Shown here: piece after piece, positions 1 to 13,162 of the stretch
Layout: the number at the start of each line of letters is the position of its first letter
How positions within the stretch are numbered: the first letter of the stretch is position 1
Origin: Narcine bancroftii
Taxonomy: Eukaryota
Assembly: GCF_036971445.1 (NCBI RefSeq)
Contig: NC_091473.1
Span: forward strand, 207,080,001-207,144,000
Direction of reading: 5' to 3'
Length of the DNA stretch: 64,000 nucleotides
The notes under the pieces: generated by a model
Database searches by the model: none
What the model was told of the DNA's origin: nothing
What the model saw: the letters and a program-made list of their open reading frames with translations, nothing else
Program-made: the position numbers and the translations under genes

Positions 1-337
1 TGTTTTCCATGAAATTATTTAAGAATTGCAAATAGTGGGTTTTATTGAAAGGCAGCAAATGGGCAGAGATATGCGGTGGACATTGGAATACCGCCTGGTT
101 GGGTAAATCAATATATTGGATAACTGGGTGAGTGTTAACTGCAAACCCTCTGTGGCTGGAATAAAAGTGTTAAGAAGGATCAGTAATGGATATGGAAGAG
201 ATACAAATTAATTGAGGGATCATGAAACTTTCTGAATCCAAATGTCTGGGAATTGTGCACCTTAACTTGCAGAGAAAAAGATCAAAACTGCATAAGTGTT
301 GATTGTATGGGTTTATGTGGTGCTGAAAGACAGTGTG

Positions 338-400
338 TGAACTCAGGAGTTGCACAGGAACTGATATTTGGAGATGGGACACGATTAACCATCAAACCGA
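338..400 (+). CDS. TRAJ: TCR alpha J segment (NSGVAQELIFGDGTRLTIKP)
   Basis: RSS ggtttatgt-12-cagtgtg (310-337); FGDG; donor gtaagt. Confidence 0.95.
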
Positions 401-629
401 GTAAGTTGTACAGCAGGTTGGTGAATATTCAGAAGTACCCATCAACGAACATAAAATATGCATACTACAGAACTGAAATGTATTTTTTTCTAAATGATAC
501 CAACCCTCAGAATTTCAAACCTCATCTGTGGAAAGGAAAAGGGGACGATTTAGACATTTGAATTTCCATTTCTCTTTCCGTAATTCTTACATATCCAAGC
601 GAATGTTACAAGGAGAGATAATTAGATGT

Positions 630-1205
630 CTGGTGGCATTCTGCAATGTTGGTTTAATTAAATATTATTGCGTTCGGTTCTGGACGCCTCGTTATAGGAA
701 GGACGTTGATGTTTTGAAGAGGAGGCAGATGAGAATTACCAGGATACTACGTGGATTGGAGAGCATGTATTATGAAGTGAGGTTGTCAGAATTATTGCTT
801 TTCTCTTTGGATCGAGGAAGAATGAGAGGTGGCCTATAGAGGTATATATATAATGAGGGGCTTTTGTAGGGTGGACATCCAGCGCCATTTTCTTGGGCGA
901 CAATATCAAATGCCAAACACCATCTGTTCAGAGTGAATGGAGGAAAGTTTAGGGAAGATGCTAGAGTTAAGATTTATATTTACTCAAGGAGTGGTGGGTG
1001 CCTGGAATGCATTACTCGGACTGGCGGTGGACAATAGGGACTTTCAAAAGATTCTTAAATGGACACATGGATGCAAAACAAATAGGGGTTATGTGTGGGA
1101 AGTAGGCAAAATTAGATTGTTGGGGATAAGGTTTGCATAGGTGGGAATACAAGGAGATCTGAACAGCCTGTACTGTGCTGCACTTTGCTAAAGTGTTCTA
1201 TGTTT
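630..1205 (+). mobile_element. CR1 LINE 3' fragment
   Basis: YCVRFWTPRYRKDV..RITRILRGLESM.YEVRL, typical CR1 ORF2 C-terminus and 3' UTR. Confidence 0.8.
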
Positions 1206-1970
1206 CATCTTCACCCCAAAGCTTGTACATCAGCTGAGGCAACTACTATTCAGTATTTGGACTGAATCTCGTGATCTAAAGGAAACTTTATTTCTATATA
1301 TCTATCTCTCCGACTTCTTAACATTTTCTCATCCTGTATCGTCAGGGCACTGAAATATCGAGAATAATCACAAGGAACATTAACTAACGTCCCATTTATC
1401 ATCACATCATATAGAAAATATGCTCACAATTACTAAAGTATTCATGCATGAAACGACAAGAAGAACAAATGTTTGACTGCACATTCTAATAATACCGCTT
1501 GAACCACGCATCATTATTTAATATATCATAGCAAACAATGTTCAAATAATAGGCTTAAATAATACATCTTTCAGTGATATATCACAAATGACATTAATCT
1601 ATAGATAGAATGTCCTATTACTACATCATAAAAGACATATAATAGCCTTCAGAAATAATTCTCGTTCAGAGTCTTTCGCTCTTACTGAATTTCAACAAAT
1701 CCTCATCTTCAAATTGAGTTAAGAAAAATGTGCCAAAATTAAAACCTGGCAGTGAGATCAGTTCCACTAATGGCGCCATTAATGCAAGCCAGCGCATTAA
1801 TATAGTCAGCATTATTTTCAAAAGATGGCGATTAATTTAGCACCACCCAGAATGTGATATTAACAGCAATTTGGCTGGAAAGCCGCTCATTTTCACAAGA
1901 GGGAGTTTTTGTTCATTGCATTCTCACTGCATATAACAAAATAAGGGATTAATGTAGGATGAACACAAAT

Positions 1971-2025
1971 GGATCTGGCTATCGGATAATATTCGCATTT
2001 GGGACCAAGCTCACTGTAATTCCAA
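1971..2025 (+). pseudogene. TRAJ: J-alpha pseudogene (GSGYRIIFAFGTKLTVIP)
   Basis: FAFG instead of FGXG; donor gtgagt; the nearest RSS-like sequence agtttttgt-12-cactgca (1904-1931) is mutated and about 40 bp away. Confidence 0.75.
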
Positions 2026-2843
2026 GTGAGTGTAGCTCTGTTCATGTACAAATTGAGTTTATGTTCCATTGACATTTTAAAATACATCTATGAATATAAA
2101 AAACTTCGTCAGAAGAGACTAATAACTGTTGGTATTTGCAAAATAACTCATGAATCTTTTCAGCTATTATTTCAATTAAGTGCGATGGTTGTTTTCTCTG
2201 GAATGCCGGACACTGAGGGGGAGTGTATTAAATTATGGGAGTCAAAGATAGGGAGATAGTAATAATATTTTACAAAGAATAGAAGTCACATATGTGAGGA
2301 CATGCGATTCAAATGAAGCGGGAAAGGTAAATAAGATGTGCAGGGCTGTTTTTTAAAAAACATAATTAGAGTAACGGTGCCAGTGAAGCAAGTACGATGG
2401 GTGGGAGAGCTTAATAGGCTTCTGAAGTGACACATGGTATGTGCACGTGCAGAGGCTTAGAGTACTTTGGATATTAGGTTTAGAGTAGACACCGTGGGCA
2501 TAATGGTTTGTTCCTTTGCTCTACTGTTCCATGTTGTATGTTCTCAGTAAAAAACTAGAAAATAGCCCTTCGCTATAATATTCAAAAGACCGGTGGAATT
2601 GAACACAGGGAATTGAAAAATCTCTCCTTAATTCAATGGTAGAATCGTGCACGGATATGTTAAGATAGAAAAGATTTCATTTACGGTCTAGGGCGGTGTT
2701 TTTCTTGTAACGTGGAATTAGTTGAAACTTAATTGGAAAATATCGGATTAAAATGCTCCCACGTATCTTTAGTGGAATGTGCTACAAACATATTTCTCAG
2801 ACTGCAACCCTCCGGGGTTTATGGTACAGTATGTGTTACCGTG

Positions 2844-2906
2844 TGGGGTATAGCAGTGACACCAGATTGATGTTTGGAAAGGGGACGAAACTCGTCGTTG
2901 CATCAA
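2844..2906 (+). CDS. TRAJ: TCR alpha J segment (GYSSDTRLMFGKGTKLVVAS)
   Basis: RSS ggtttatgg-12-taccgtg; FGKG; gtaagt. Confidence 0.9.
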
Positions 2907-3079
2907 GTAAGTGGGGAAAATAAGTAATTGAGTGACACTCAAAATGGTCACGGCTCAATGGGACACAATTCCATCTGTCGAGTCTAGCTCTTTACAGGCG
3001 CATCAGATCAACTATACATGTCGACCAAGTTCTCTCCTGGAACTGGTCTCTTTTGTTTGCATTTGGCCCATTTCCCTCT

Positions 3080-3480
3080 GACTGTTTATAATCCGTCAAT
3101 CCAAGCGTTTTATAAACTTTATAGTTGTACCTGCACCTCCCGTGTTGTCTGGTATTTCTTTCTGTACAGAACCCAACCTCTGAGTAAGAAGAATCCTTCC
3201 CAGTGCTGTTCCCTGCTGTACATTTTAGATGGGACTAGATGTAACAACCTCAATTTGTCTGATCCCTTTAAAATGTTCGCCTCTCACTGTAAGCTCTTAT
3301 CTGACTATTTACCTATTCATGTCCCTTATGATTTTAAACACTACAGAAACTCAACTCTAAACCTTCTCGGTTCATTCAGAAGGGCTCCTGATTTTCCAGC
3401 CTCTCATCATCACTTAAGCTGTCCATTCCCAATACCAATCACATGAATATTTTCTGCATCCTTTCAACATTATGACATAT
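3080..3480 (-). mobile_element. Degenerate CR1 LINE 3' fragment
   Basis: Reverse complement resembles the CR1 ORF2 C-terminus and UTR. Confidence 0.55.
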
Positions 3481-3573
3481 TTTGTTTCGGATTCAATTTG
3501 TAAACCCTTCCTCATCTCTGTATTGTACACAAAGGAGAGGGATAATTGAAAGCATATCTGCCACATATATGTG

Positions 3574-3606
3574 GCAGATACCAATTGTATTTGGGTTCGG
3601 GACGAA
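3574..3606 (+). pseudogene. TRAJ: Truncated J-alpha relic (PIVFGFGTK*)
   Basis: FGFGTK runs directly into donor gtgagt at 3607; no RSS, a palindrome lies upstream instead. Confidence 0.6.
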
Positions 3607-4193
3607 GTGAGTAGGGAATCGTTCCTATTGGACTTGTTTCATGCTGGAGATATACGTACATTGCAGTTTGAAAACTAAAATATAGGACGTAACGTGATGT
3701 ATAGGAAAATATCATTTAAGTATTGTTAATCTAATTACATATGTGTTTAAACCTACAAACGGTTCCATTCAAAAACAAATATATCGATGTCAAAACGATC
3801 AAAGTTGAAGAATATTCCTTTCGACCATGGTGGAGTAAAAAAAAATTAGAGAGGATAAGAAACAGATGCAAGAGTAGGGCATTCACATCCTCGAGCTTAT
3901 TCCTCAATTGAATTAGACTACTGGTGATATTTCAGCTCAAAATATCTCCTCAGCTTATTCCATATTCCCTCAATGTACATTGACCTCCATTGTGGGTCCA
4001 ACTGGCTCTCCAGTGTACATAATTCCAAATAGCCATCATTCTGAGTGAAATAATGTCTCCTTAATTCACCTAAATGGCCAAGAGCTCATTTTGAGAATAT
4101 CCACCCCTTTATTTTAAGGTTACCAGCCACCCACTTTGTCGTTTGGTCTCTTACTCGTGGGCAAGTGTTTTTGTCAGTCTATCGCACACTGTG

Positions 4194-4255
4194 GGTGAAT
4201 TCTGGTGGATACGACCTCATATTTGGATTGGGTACCAAACTTACAGTTCAACCAA
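4194..4255 (+). CDS. TRAJ: TCR alpha J segment (VNSGGYDLIFGLGTKLTVQP)
   Basis: RSS tgtttttgt-12-cactgtg; FGLG; gtaggt. Confidence 0.95.
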
Positions 4256-4739
4256 GTAGGTTCAAGACTGTTTGTCTGAACTCTTCCAAGAGTTTTTTTC
4301 AATGATAGTCATGTACATTGTCATAGATTAGCTGAAAGCCCGTGATCCAAACAAATGAGCAATAGATCCATATATGCTTAATCGTGCTTTGTTTTGTCTA
4401 CATTCTCGATTGTTGTATCTGAGTCCTGTAATGAACATAGTGCGTACGTAAGATAAAATGGAGTGAATGGTGTCCAGGGATAGGACACTGTATGACCTAT
4501 ACCAGCACTGTCGTCGTGGCCTTTAGAAGTGGACACATTTAACTGTGCAACCGAATAAGTCATTTCTCATATTTATAATGGCATATAAAAAGTCTGGTGA
4601 CAAGGCATGGTAAGGAAAATGTGACAGACTATTGTGAGATTATCGTAAATCACGTTCATAAATTAAGACAATCTGTGGAAACGGCTAACTGTTCAGAGTC
4701 AGCTTTTAACCAACATTGGTGCTTTAGAAGAAATTAAAA

Positions 4740-5320
4740 GAGGCAGTGTGATCTACAGAATGCATTATAGGGGTGCAGGGTCACTGAGACCTTAGATATA
4801 CCGATGGTAACAGAATAGGTTGAGACATTTGTGAATAAAAGCAAAGGGAATCCTGGAGAAGATCGTGCAAATATTTCATGTGACGCTGGTTTGGCCAGAG
4901 CGGGAGTATTTGATCTATTTCAGACCTTCAAGTAAGGATGTAGAAAGCACGTCTTATTCTGGTCAAAGCAGATGAGGAAAAAGAGGAAAGCGACCAAGAT
5001 GGCCTGAAGCATGAATTTTCAGACAGAAAAAAGTGAACTGCTCTCATTGGGGGCAGGAGAAAGTGAACTGCTCTCATTGGCGGAAGGAGGTGAGATCATT
5101 TTTCATAAAAATAACGCAGCGAGTAGTGATGATTTAGGATTCATTGCAAAGAATTTGGAAGCATATTCAACCACAGCTTCCAAGAGGGGTATATCATAGT
5201 AAAGATGCAGGTGTGGAAAGTTTGCAGATCTATAAAGAAGAGACCATGGAAGAAGTTTTGAATTAACAGAAAGCATAGAGATTCAAGGAACCGAATAGCC
5301 TATTCTGTGTTCTTTAAGGC
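4740..5320 (+). mobile_element. Degenerate CR1 LINE 3' fragment
   Basis: Similar to other CR1 3' ends in the window. Confidence 0.55.
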
Positions 5321-5949
5321 TGCTTTGCAATCAAGGAAATTGCTTAAAGGGGGAATTCCTGCGTCCTATCATTTACCTAACGCTGAGGGAATAATAAACC
5401 TGTGCCACCTAACGTGTAATTAGTGGCAATGCTTAACGTGGTAACTAATTCCAATACTTTTCAGCAATTCCACATTCAGGAAGTTTGATTGGGAACTAAA
5501 TCAGGGCAATGCATTTAGAAGCGACCTGCTAAATTTTGTCACAAGATACTGAAGACATTGTAACCTGGAGCTTAAAACGCAAGCTGCTGGAGAAATTCAG
5601 CTGGTTGAGTTCTATCTGCAGAGGAAAACAATTAAGAGACTAGAGATGCTAGACTGTCAACCAGGCTACAGATGCTGGAATACGGACCAAAGAATGTCGA
5701 TCCTAGATTCTATGAAGATGCAGGGTCTCGACCCAGAACGTCAACAGTCCCTTTCCCCCACAGATAGTCCTCGACCCGCTGAGTTCCTTCAACATTTATT
5801 TTTTGCTTGAGTTCAGTTTCGATGCCTAATTGAGATAAAAGAGATATGAGGCTATTTTAATACACTCGTGAATTTTAGCCGTTTACAGAAATAGCTGGTG
5901 ATATAACTTTTGGCCCGCAAATGTTTTGGTACTTTGGTTTCACGCTGTG

Positions 5950-6006
5950 TGAACGTTGCTGGCAAGGTGATCTTTGGACCTGGGACCAAGGTTCACATCA
6001 GAGCTA
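5950..6006 (+). CDS. TRAJ: TCR alpha J segment (NVAGKVIFGPGTKVHIRA)
   Basis: RSS tgttttggt-12-cgctgtg; FGPG; gtaagt. Confidence 0.93.
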
Positions 6007-7922
6007 GTAAGTAAAAGCATTCAAGATATTAGATTTATGTCTTGAGAGTTAGAGGCTTCTCATAGGTTTAACAGAAACGTAAGAAAATAGAATTTCACTG
6101 ATTTCACGGAATAATCCCCCTCCTGCCCTCCATCAGTATGTGAACTGGGAAGAGGCCACTTTAAAGTGTCCATAACTTGAATACGGAGCATGTGGCATAA
6201 ACTAAAATAATTCTCCAATGAGGAATTTATTTTGTGGATTCGGTGAGTGCGTATTGATTTGTCAAATGTAATCGTGGGTCCTATTTTCATAGACCAACGC
6301 AATCAGTTATTTTATGTTTCCACTTTTGTTTGGTTTGGTTTTATTCTCTCCTTCAATAGGCAAAGATCAAATTTAAATTCTGCATTAAGTTTCCAATCTA
6401 TAGTTAATTGCTTTCAAGGGAGAACGGGGGCGTGATGCTAATATTACCAGAATGAGTGGGACAAGTTTTGTATTCGTTCAGGCTCTGTTTGTTAGGTTCC
6501 TTCTCCAATTAACAGAAACGCTATGAATAGATAAGCAGATGAACAGGAAGGCATTGGTTGAGTTCATATTTGCTGCATTGTTTTGCAAAATGTACTGCAA
6601 TTAAATGCAACAGATTAGCATCGCATTAGATTAATAAGAACAATCATTAGTTACTTTTACACCAGTTAATGAAAACATATTGTTTGCCTTTGATAAGAAT
6701 AAATATGTAGTTATAAATACATAGGAGAGTTGTGTTTTGGAAATAGTGCAAAACTAGTTTTTTAACCTTTCTTTTCACCTCTCCATTCTCTAATTTGATG
6801 GCTATCCTTCATTAAATCTAATTATTATCCCGAATCAACTTTAAAGCATAGAAACAATTGTAATGTTTAATGGAAGACATTAATTACAATCTTGGACTTA
6901 TGTCTAGACAATAGATCCATAACGTCACAGATGTAGCACCAAAACAGGCCTTTAGGCGAATCACGAGTGTCTATTCAAATTTAATTTACCAGTTCTTGGT
7001 CCATAGTCTTCTCTGCGATGCTGATTTAAGTACTCATCTTGAAACGAGTTGAATGTTATGAGAGTACATGACCTCTCCGATCACGCAGGCAGTGCATCCC
7101 TGATTCCAAACACTTTTTACTCTCTGGAGTAAATCAACTGATCTGATCTGATCTGATCTGATCCGATAATTTACAGCTTTGCAAACTTTAAAAATATATA
7201 TGTGTCAACAAATTCTAAATTACTGAATTAAAAAATGCAGATATTCATGTCCCATCCTTCAGTGCCCCTGAAGTGCCAAACAAATTGATAGCTCTGAAGC
7301 CACATTTACAGCGGACAAAGCTTGAAACAGATAGGGGAATGAAGGAGGCCATATGTTCACTCAAGCCTTCTGCACTATAGAACATGATTTTGGCTGCAAA
7401 AACCTTAGTATTCATCCTTTCTCCACCAGATCTCCATAGCCCTTGTTACACGATCTTCAGAAAGGTTTGCTATTTAACGACTCCCAGGGATCTATTACCC
7501 AAAACTCTCTGGAGTAAAGAACTCCAAAAAGTCACCAGTTGGATTTTGTAACAAGACACCTACTATATTGTCTTCATCATTATTGAGACAGTTTGGCCCT
7601 GACTAAAAAACAGATACATTCAGTTTCTAGAAGATCAATATCTTCACAATTCAAGGTTATGTCCTTGGATTATTGATCGAGAAATTTGGTTGCTATTTTG
7701 GAAACTTAACAAGGACGTAGCTGTGCCCCATCTTACATAAATAAGTTATGTTTGAGACATGAATAGGTTACCTTTATTCATAATTAAAACATATTTTGGA
7801 TAAGAGTGCACTGCAGATATTTCGATTCAATTATATCAAGTATTCAGAAGTAAAGCCTGTGAGAGTGGTAATGTGCTAAACTCAACCTGGGTGAAGTTTT
7901 TGATATGGGGAGTAGTACTGTG

Positions 7923-7985
7923 TGGATGTGGGAGCTAACATCAAACTCATCTTTGGAACGGGGACTAGGTTAACTGTGATAATAA
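7923..7985 (+). CDS. TRAJ: TCR alpha J segment (DVGANIKLIFGTGTRLTVII)
   Basis: RSS agtttttga-12-tactgtg; FGTG; gtaagt. Confidence 0.95.
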
Positions 7986-8738
7986 GTAAGTATCAATTAA
8001 AATTGATAGGACTCTATTTATCTCCAAATGTATATACGTTGTCTTGCATTTGCACTGTATCAATTAGTCTGTCGATACATTGGATACTGAATGCTCTGAC
8101 TGCAGTGTGATTGTGAATATTCATACCGTGAAAGAATGATCAGAATTATGGAATGGATTTTGTTGGGATGAACAGCCTTTTCGGTTGACCTAAGAAAATT
8201 TGACAATTCCGACAATATCCTGAATCCATTTCCCTTTGGTAGATGTGCCAGATAACGTGAGATATTAAATAAGCTAATGCACAATTAGATTACACATTTT
8301 AGGAGTCATTTAGGTAATTAATTCAGAGTCAAGGATTTGAACCAGGGTGACCCTGGCCTATGTATTTTCACAATCAACTCTCTATATAACAACTAACTTT
8401 TTTCCTACTTGCTCGTTTCTAGTGAATGGTTTCCAACCTTATTCATTAACTCTAGTTTACTATCTGATCTTTTGGGAGATTCGGAATCCAGAAACAAATA
8501 TTCAATGCACTGAGTTGGATGCTAGGGACTCTATAACTCTTAATAGTTGCAGAAAAGCAGAGGTACTAAAAATATTCAGCTGATGTTCACAGAAAGGGAA
8601 AAAGAATATTATAATTTTAGGTCACTAATTTTATTGCATATTCTCCCATTCCAAACCAACTCCGAAGGTTTATTCATTGGTGTGAAATGAGCATCAAAGT
8701 TAGCCGAATGGGTTTTTGTTATGGGTTACATTGCTGTG

Positions 8739-8795
8739 TGGGCTCTGGACAGAAGCTTGTGTTTGGTTCAGGAACCAAGATGACAGTATTAACAA
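8739..8795 (+). CDS. TRAJ: TCR alpha J segment (GSGQKLVFGSGTKMTVLT)
   Basis: RSS ggtttttgt (consensus)-12-tgctgtg; FGSG; gtaagt. Confidence 0.95.
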
Positions 8796-9310
8796 GTAAG
8801 TTCAAACGTATCCACTAAAACAAAAACAGACAAGTGATTGAGGGTGTCAGTTCAAATACCCGAATGCTCGCTGTCAACTTTAAACCTTCTGATTTTATCC
8901 GTAAACCCTTTCCTTTGGTCATTTTTTTAATATCAGAAACGTTTGATTGAAATGTTGATAAATATAATGTGCGTTGACGTACAATACAACCTCACAGCAA
9001 TGATGCAATTTCTTAATGTGCATTAAACGTCCATTTGGCCAAGCATTCCTTTCTATTATCCAAACCAATGTGTGAATAAAGCCATGAACTATTATGACAA
9101 AAAGTCATTGGTTGGGCTGATATCGGGACAATTAATATTCAGATATGTCTGAATAAATATGAAACTTTGTTCACCTGAGATTATCACCAAATGGCTATTT
9201 TTTAAAACTTTTTGATTACTTAAACGCCTCAATTCCCTAACACAGGATACATGTTTTACCAGACAGTGCAGTCGCTCTGATCAGTTCTTGTCAATGAGTA
9301 AATTATTGTG

Positions 9311-9373
9311 TGTATTCTGGAGGAGTTGGGAAAATACTCTTTGGTATCGGTACCAAGCTCCTTATTTATCCCG
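9311..9373 (+). CDS. TRAJ: TCR alpha J segment (YSGGVGKILFGIGTKLLIYP)
   Basis: RSS agttcttgt-12-tattgtg; FGIG; gtaaga. Confidence 0.93.
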
Positions 9374-10163
9374 GTAAGATATCAGAAGAATTATTCAAAC
9401 TAAATTGTCATTTCCTTTGCAGGGCAATTCAGAAGTCATGTTCTGTGAAATTGAGATAGTCAGTGAACAGCAATAACCATATTCCTACCAACAAAATTTG
9501 CTACGCCATAAGCAGATACCACTAATGTGAATTGAATTGAATTATTTTTGTCCAAGATTCAGCAAACAGCTTTATTTTTCGTGCTGTCCATAGGTACGTG
9601 CAGCAGTTATTGCAAGAATAAAATACAAGTGGGGACATAGTCACAAATGGAAGTATGACTGAGTCGTAAATAAAATATAATTACATAGTGCGAGTGGTTA
9701 AATAAAGATGGGCCAATGGTTAATATTTTAACATGAACAGTTCTTGACTATAGGAACACAAGGATCAGGTGGGTACAAGAGTTCAAAGGTAAACAGGAGA
9801 TGGACAAAGGCAGGCAAGCAAATAAACGGACAGATAGGTTTATAAACAGGTTGTGTATCGGTTATTTCCATGGATGCTGCCTGACATACATGTCCCTCCA
9901 GCTTTTCACAGTCTACCAGTATCTACCGTTATTGTGTTTCTCTGTACAGATTGACAGCCATACATGTGGATAAACAGATTTAGGATGACTCCGTTATGAT
10001 TGAATAATTACACTCTTCTTTACAAGAGATTATTTTATTGACTGGAATGAGAGAAATTCCCATTGGGAAGGATTCCAAAGTCAACAAATATAAAGTCAAT
10101 TTTATGGTTAGTCTTAGTGCTTCGCTTCAGATAAAGGTTCTTGACATGGGATGTCATGTTGTG

Positions 10164-10220
10164 TGGATGATCGCACAAAGTTAATATTTGGATCTGGGAC
10201 CAAGCTAATGGTGCAGCCAA
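10164..10220 (+). CDS. TRAJ: TCR alpha J segment (DDRTKLIFGSGTKLMVQP)
   Basis: RSS ggttcttga-12-tgttgtg; FGSG; gtaagc. Confidence 0.92.
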
Positions 10221-10429
10221 GTAAGCAACGCTTAATGTTCTATTCTCGGGATAATAATTGAAATATTTTTTCTTTTAAAATAATCTCCACGGTTTAATAG
10301 ATGTGGAGAATAATTGATGAGACATTCTGGACATCAATCATTTCTGCAGAAGAGATATGGCTAAAATTATTTCACCATATACCTCATTGCTATAGATGTT
10401 ATCCTTCTACCCTCAAAGGTCCACGCTAG

Positions 10430-11250
10430 AGCAAAGGGGGTTCGATGTGGGGAAATGTGCGGTCGCACACATTGGTAAGAGGTGGATTATTTTCTAAATT
10501 GAAAGAGAACGTTAATGAGTCCATTAATTACAGACCGGCTGGTCCAACAAGACATTAAGAAGTCAAAAAGACATGCTTATCTTTATTGTTAACGGAAAGG
10601 CTTTAAAATAGGGAGTATTTGTTGCAGTTATACAGAGTGCAGTTGAGGCCACATTTGAACGACCGAGCACAGCAAGAAGAAAATGCTAAAGTAACTTTAG
10701 AGACAACCCGAAGGAAATTGACCAGGACCATTTCTTGAATGAGAGAGATGCCCTGTCAAGAGGGGCTCTGTAGTTTGAGTTCGTATTCCTTGGAGTTTAG
10801 AAGAATACGAGTCACCTTATTCAAACATTTAAGATCTTAAAGGAAGGTTGACAATTATACTTTCGCTAGTGAGAGGGTCATGAACAATTAGATATGAGTC
10901 AAATTAAGAGGCTGCTCATTTCAACTGGCATCATCATATAATTCTTTAAAATTAAATTATACATACAGCTCTGCAACTGGTCAATTTGCCCCTAATAGAC
11001 CATGCCGTTGATTTGACACCCCATTAACATACAACCCGAGCACGAATCTCGGATGCGTTTTGTCCTGAGAGTAGTGGAGGCGAGATCATTCTATATATTT
11101 AACATGGGTAGATATTTCAAAGATCGAGAAATTGATCGTTATGAGGAACTGACACGGAAGAGGTGAGGCATCGTAGTTCAGCCATGATCATATTTAATTA
11201 GCAGGTTTAAGGGGTCTAGTGGTCACTTCCTGCTCTAATTTTCGTGATTC
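10430..11250 (+). mobile_element. CR1 LINE 3' fragment
   Basis: ggagtttagaagaat...cagccatgatc...ctcctgctc-type 3' end. Confidence 0.65.
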
Positions 11251-11474
11251 CTTTTAATTAGCAAAATAATTTTTTTCGAAGTGTCGTGTCTTCACCAATC
11301 ACATGTTCGTGAAAAAATTATGCTTCCAGCTGAACTAGGGAGGACATCACACCGATCATGCCCCAATAATAACAACCACATTGCATTCACTTCATTTCAC
11401 AGCTCTAAAAATGAAACAAAGTGTCCGATGATTCTGGTGACGTCTGGGTTCTTGTGAATGAAACAGTCACTGTG

Positions 11475-11536
11475 TGGGATTTTCGGGGAATGATAAACAG
11501 TTTATTGAAGCTGTACCAAACTTATCGTTATCCCTG
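11475..11536 (+). pseudogene. TRAJ: J-alpha pseudogene with intact RSS (..Y*SCTKLIVIP)
   Basis: RSS ggttcttgt-12-cactgtg is good, but FGXG has decayed to tat tga agc tgt (stop in the splice frame); donor gtaaga. Confidence 0.85.
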
Positions 11537-11979
11537 GTAAGAATTCAGTCACGGTTTATCGAATTAATCATGTCAGGAAAGCTGATAAATTATGTCCCTA
11601 ACATCAGACAAACAAAGCAACTAAACGCCTTCTTCACCAACTATCTACCCGTGTCCATTATTCCTTCAAAAGATGTTATCTTGAATTGGGATTGTTAGAT
11701 TAGTCGTCTCATATGGATGCTGTCCAATTTTAGTCTCCATATTATCAGAAAGAACATCAGACAAGTAGATGGTGGTTTATAGTTTGTATGAATAGCGTGG
11801 TAGGTAGGTTGACTCGATGCAAGGGAAGAGCAGGAAGCGTTCAGTACACAAAGCCTGCTTCCAGGTGCCTAGGAAGAACGAGAGGAAATGTCACTGTAAG
11901 TTTCCTCAAAAGGGAAGAGAAGATTATATTATCCTTGACTGAGATACGTCGGACCATCTGTAACATAGTCAGAATAAGA

Positions 11980-12555
11980 TGTGGGCCTGTGGAAGATTTT
12001 AACTTAATTCGGTGGGCAGTGAGTCTATGTAATTCTCGACCTGGAAGACTGTGAGCATTCATCTGATATTCAGTAAGAATAGCAGGTGGCTGATTTTTGG
12101 GAAATCAGGGGTATCAGAATAGTGCAAGAAATAGCACCGAGGAGAAAGCCAGCCATAAGCTTGATGAATTGCGCCTCTCCTATTCCTCATGACGGGTTGA
12201 ATTGGCTTTGACTCCTTTTCTCTTGAGCGTAGTTAACTGTCGGGTGTCCATGTGGGGATATATAAAATCTTGAGGAGAATTTATAAGGGTGCATGGAAAC
12301 AGTCTTTTCACCAGGATCTGGGTATCTGAAATGAGAGGGTGGGAGTTTATGGTGATTTAAAATGGGATGTGTTAGAAACTTTTTTGCACAGAAAACTGAA
12401 GAGAAGGGTGCAATTATGACACTTACAAGAGGTAAATGGACACGAAAGCTTTTGGGGGAATAAAAGCCAAATGTTGGCATGTGTCACTATCTGTTTGTAA
12501 TGGACGAGTTAGGCTGATGATCCTGTTTCCCTGCTGTATACCTGTGGGACTCATT
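11980..12555 (+). mobile_element. Two CR1 3' fragments
   Basis: CR1 3' UTR motifs. Confidence 0.55.
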
Positions 12556-12817
12556 GACTCTGTGTTAATGATTCAGGATATCCGTATTAACTCGGGGCTG
12601 GGGGGGTGAGGGGTGGGAATCAAGTGAGAACAAGCATTAAGCTGCAAGAGAAAAAAATCAAGCTGCGTATGTACGATGCCAAATGCTAATTGTCTCCACT
12701 CCCTCAATATCAAGACGAAGGCAATTCCTCCAAACATTTAATGCATATTAGGAGTTGCTCTTTTTTCAACAAAGATGCATTGACTGACCGTTCTTGTGTT
12801 GGCGAAATAGAACCGTG

Positions 12818-12874
12818 TGAATGTGGGCAGGAATAAAACATTTGAGCCTGGGACGAAACTCTGCCTTACACCAA
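12818..12874 (+). CDS. TRAJ: Non-canonical J-alpha ORF (NVGRNKTFEPGTKLCLTP)
   Basis: RSS cgttcttgt-13-aaccgtg; FEPG motif; donor gtaagg; possibly a pseudogene. Confidence 0.75.
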
Positions 12875-13102
12875 GTAAGGATGATAATTCTATACGTTTG
12901 CATTGTAAACCAAAGGAAAACGTAATTACGTTTGTGTTTAAAAGTTACCGAATTAGCCTTCCCAATTCTCAAGCAATCTACTAAGATTCAATCATTTAAA
13001 GCACCCAAGATGTACAAACAATGGAAGGTTTTTCCTTAGTTTAAATTGAGAATGAGTTAAGAGTGTAGTCAATGAGTTATTGTTGGAGGGTGTCACGGTG
13101 TG

Positions 13103-13162
13103 TGAATGATAACAGGGGAAAGCTCATGTTTGGATCTGGAACAAGGCTTAAAGTTCAACCTA
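13103..13162 (+). CDS. TRAJ: TCR alpha J segment (NDNRGKLMFGSGTRLKVQP)
   Basis: RSS agttattgt-12-cggtgtg; FGSG; gtgagt. Confidence 0.93.

Noticed and set aside
6715-6770. J-like relic LCFGNSAKLVF
   Set aside because: No RSS and no donor; possibly an ancient pseudo-J but not supportable.
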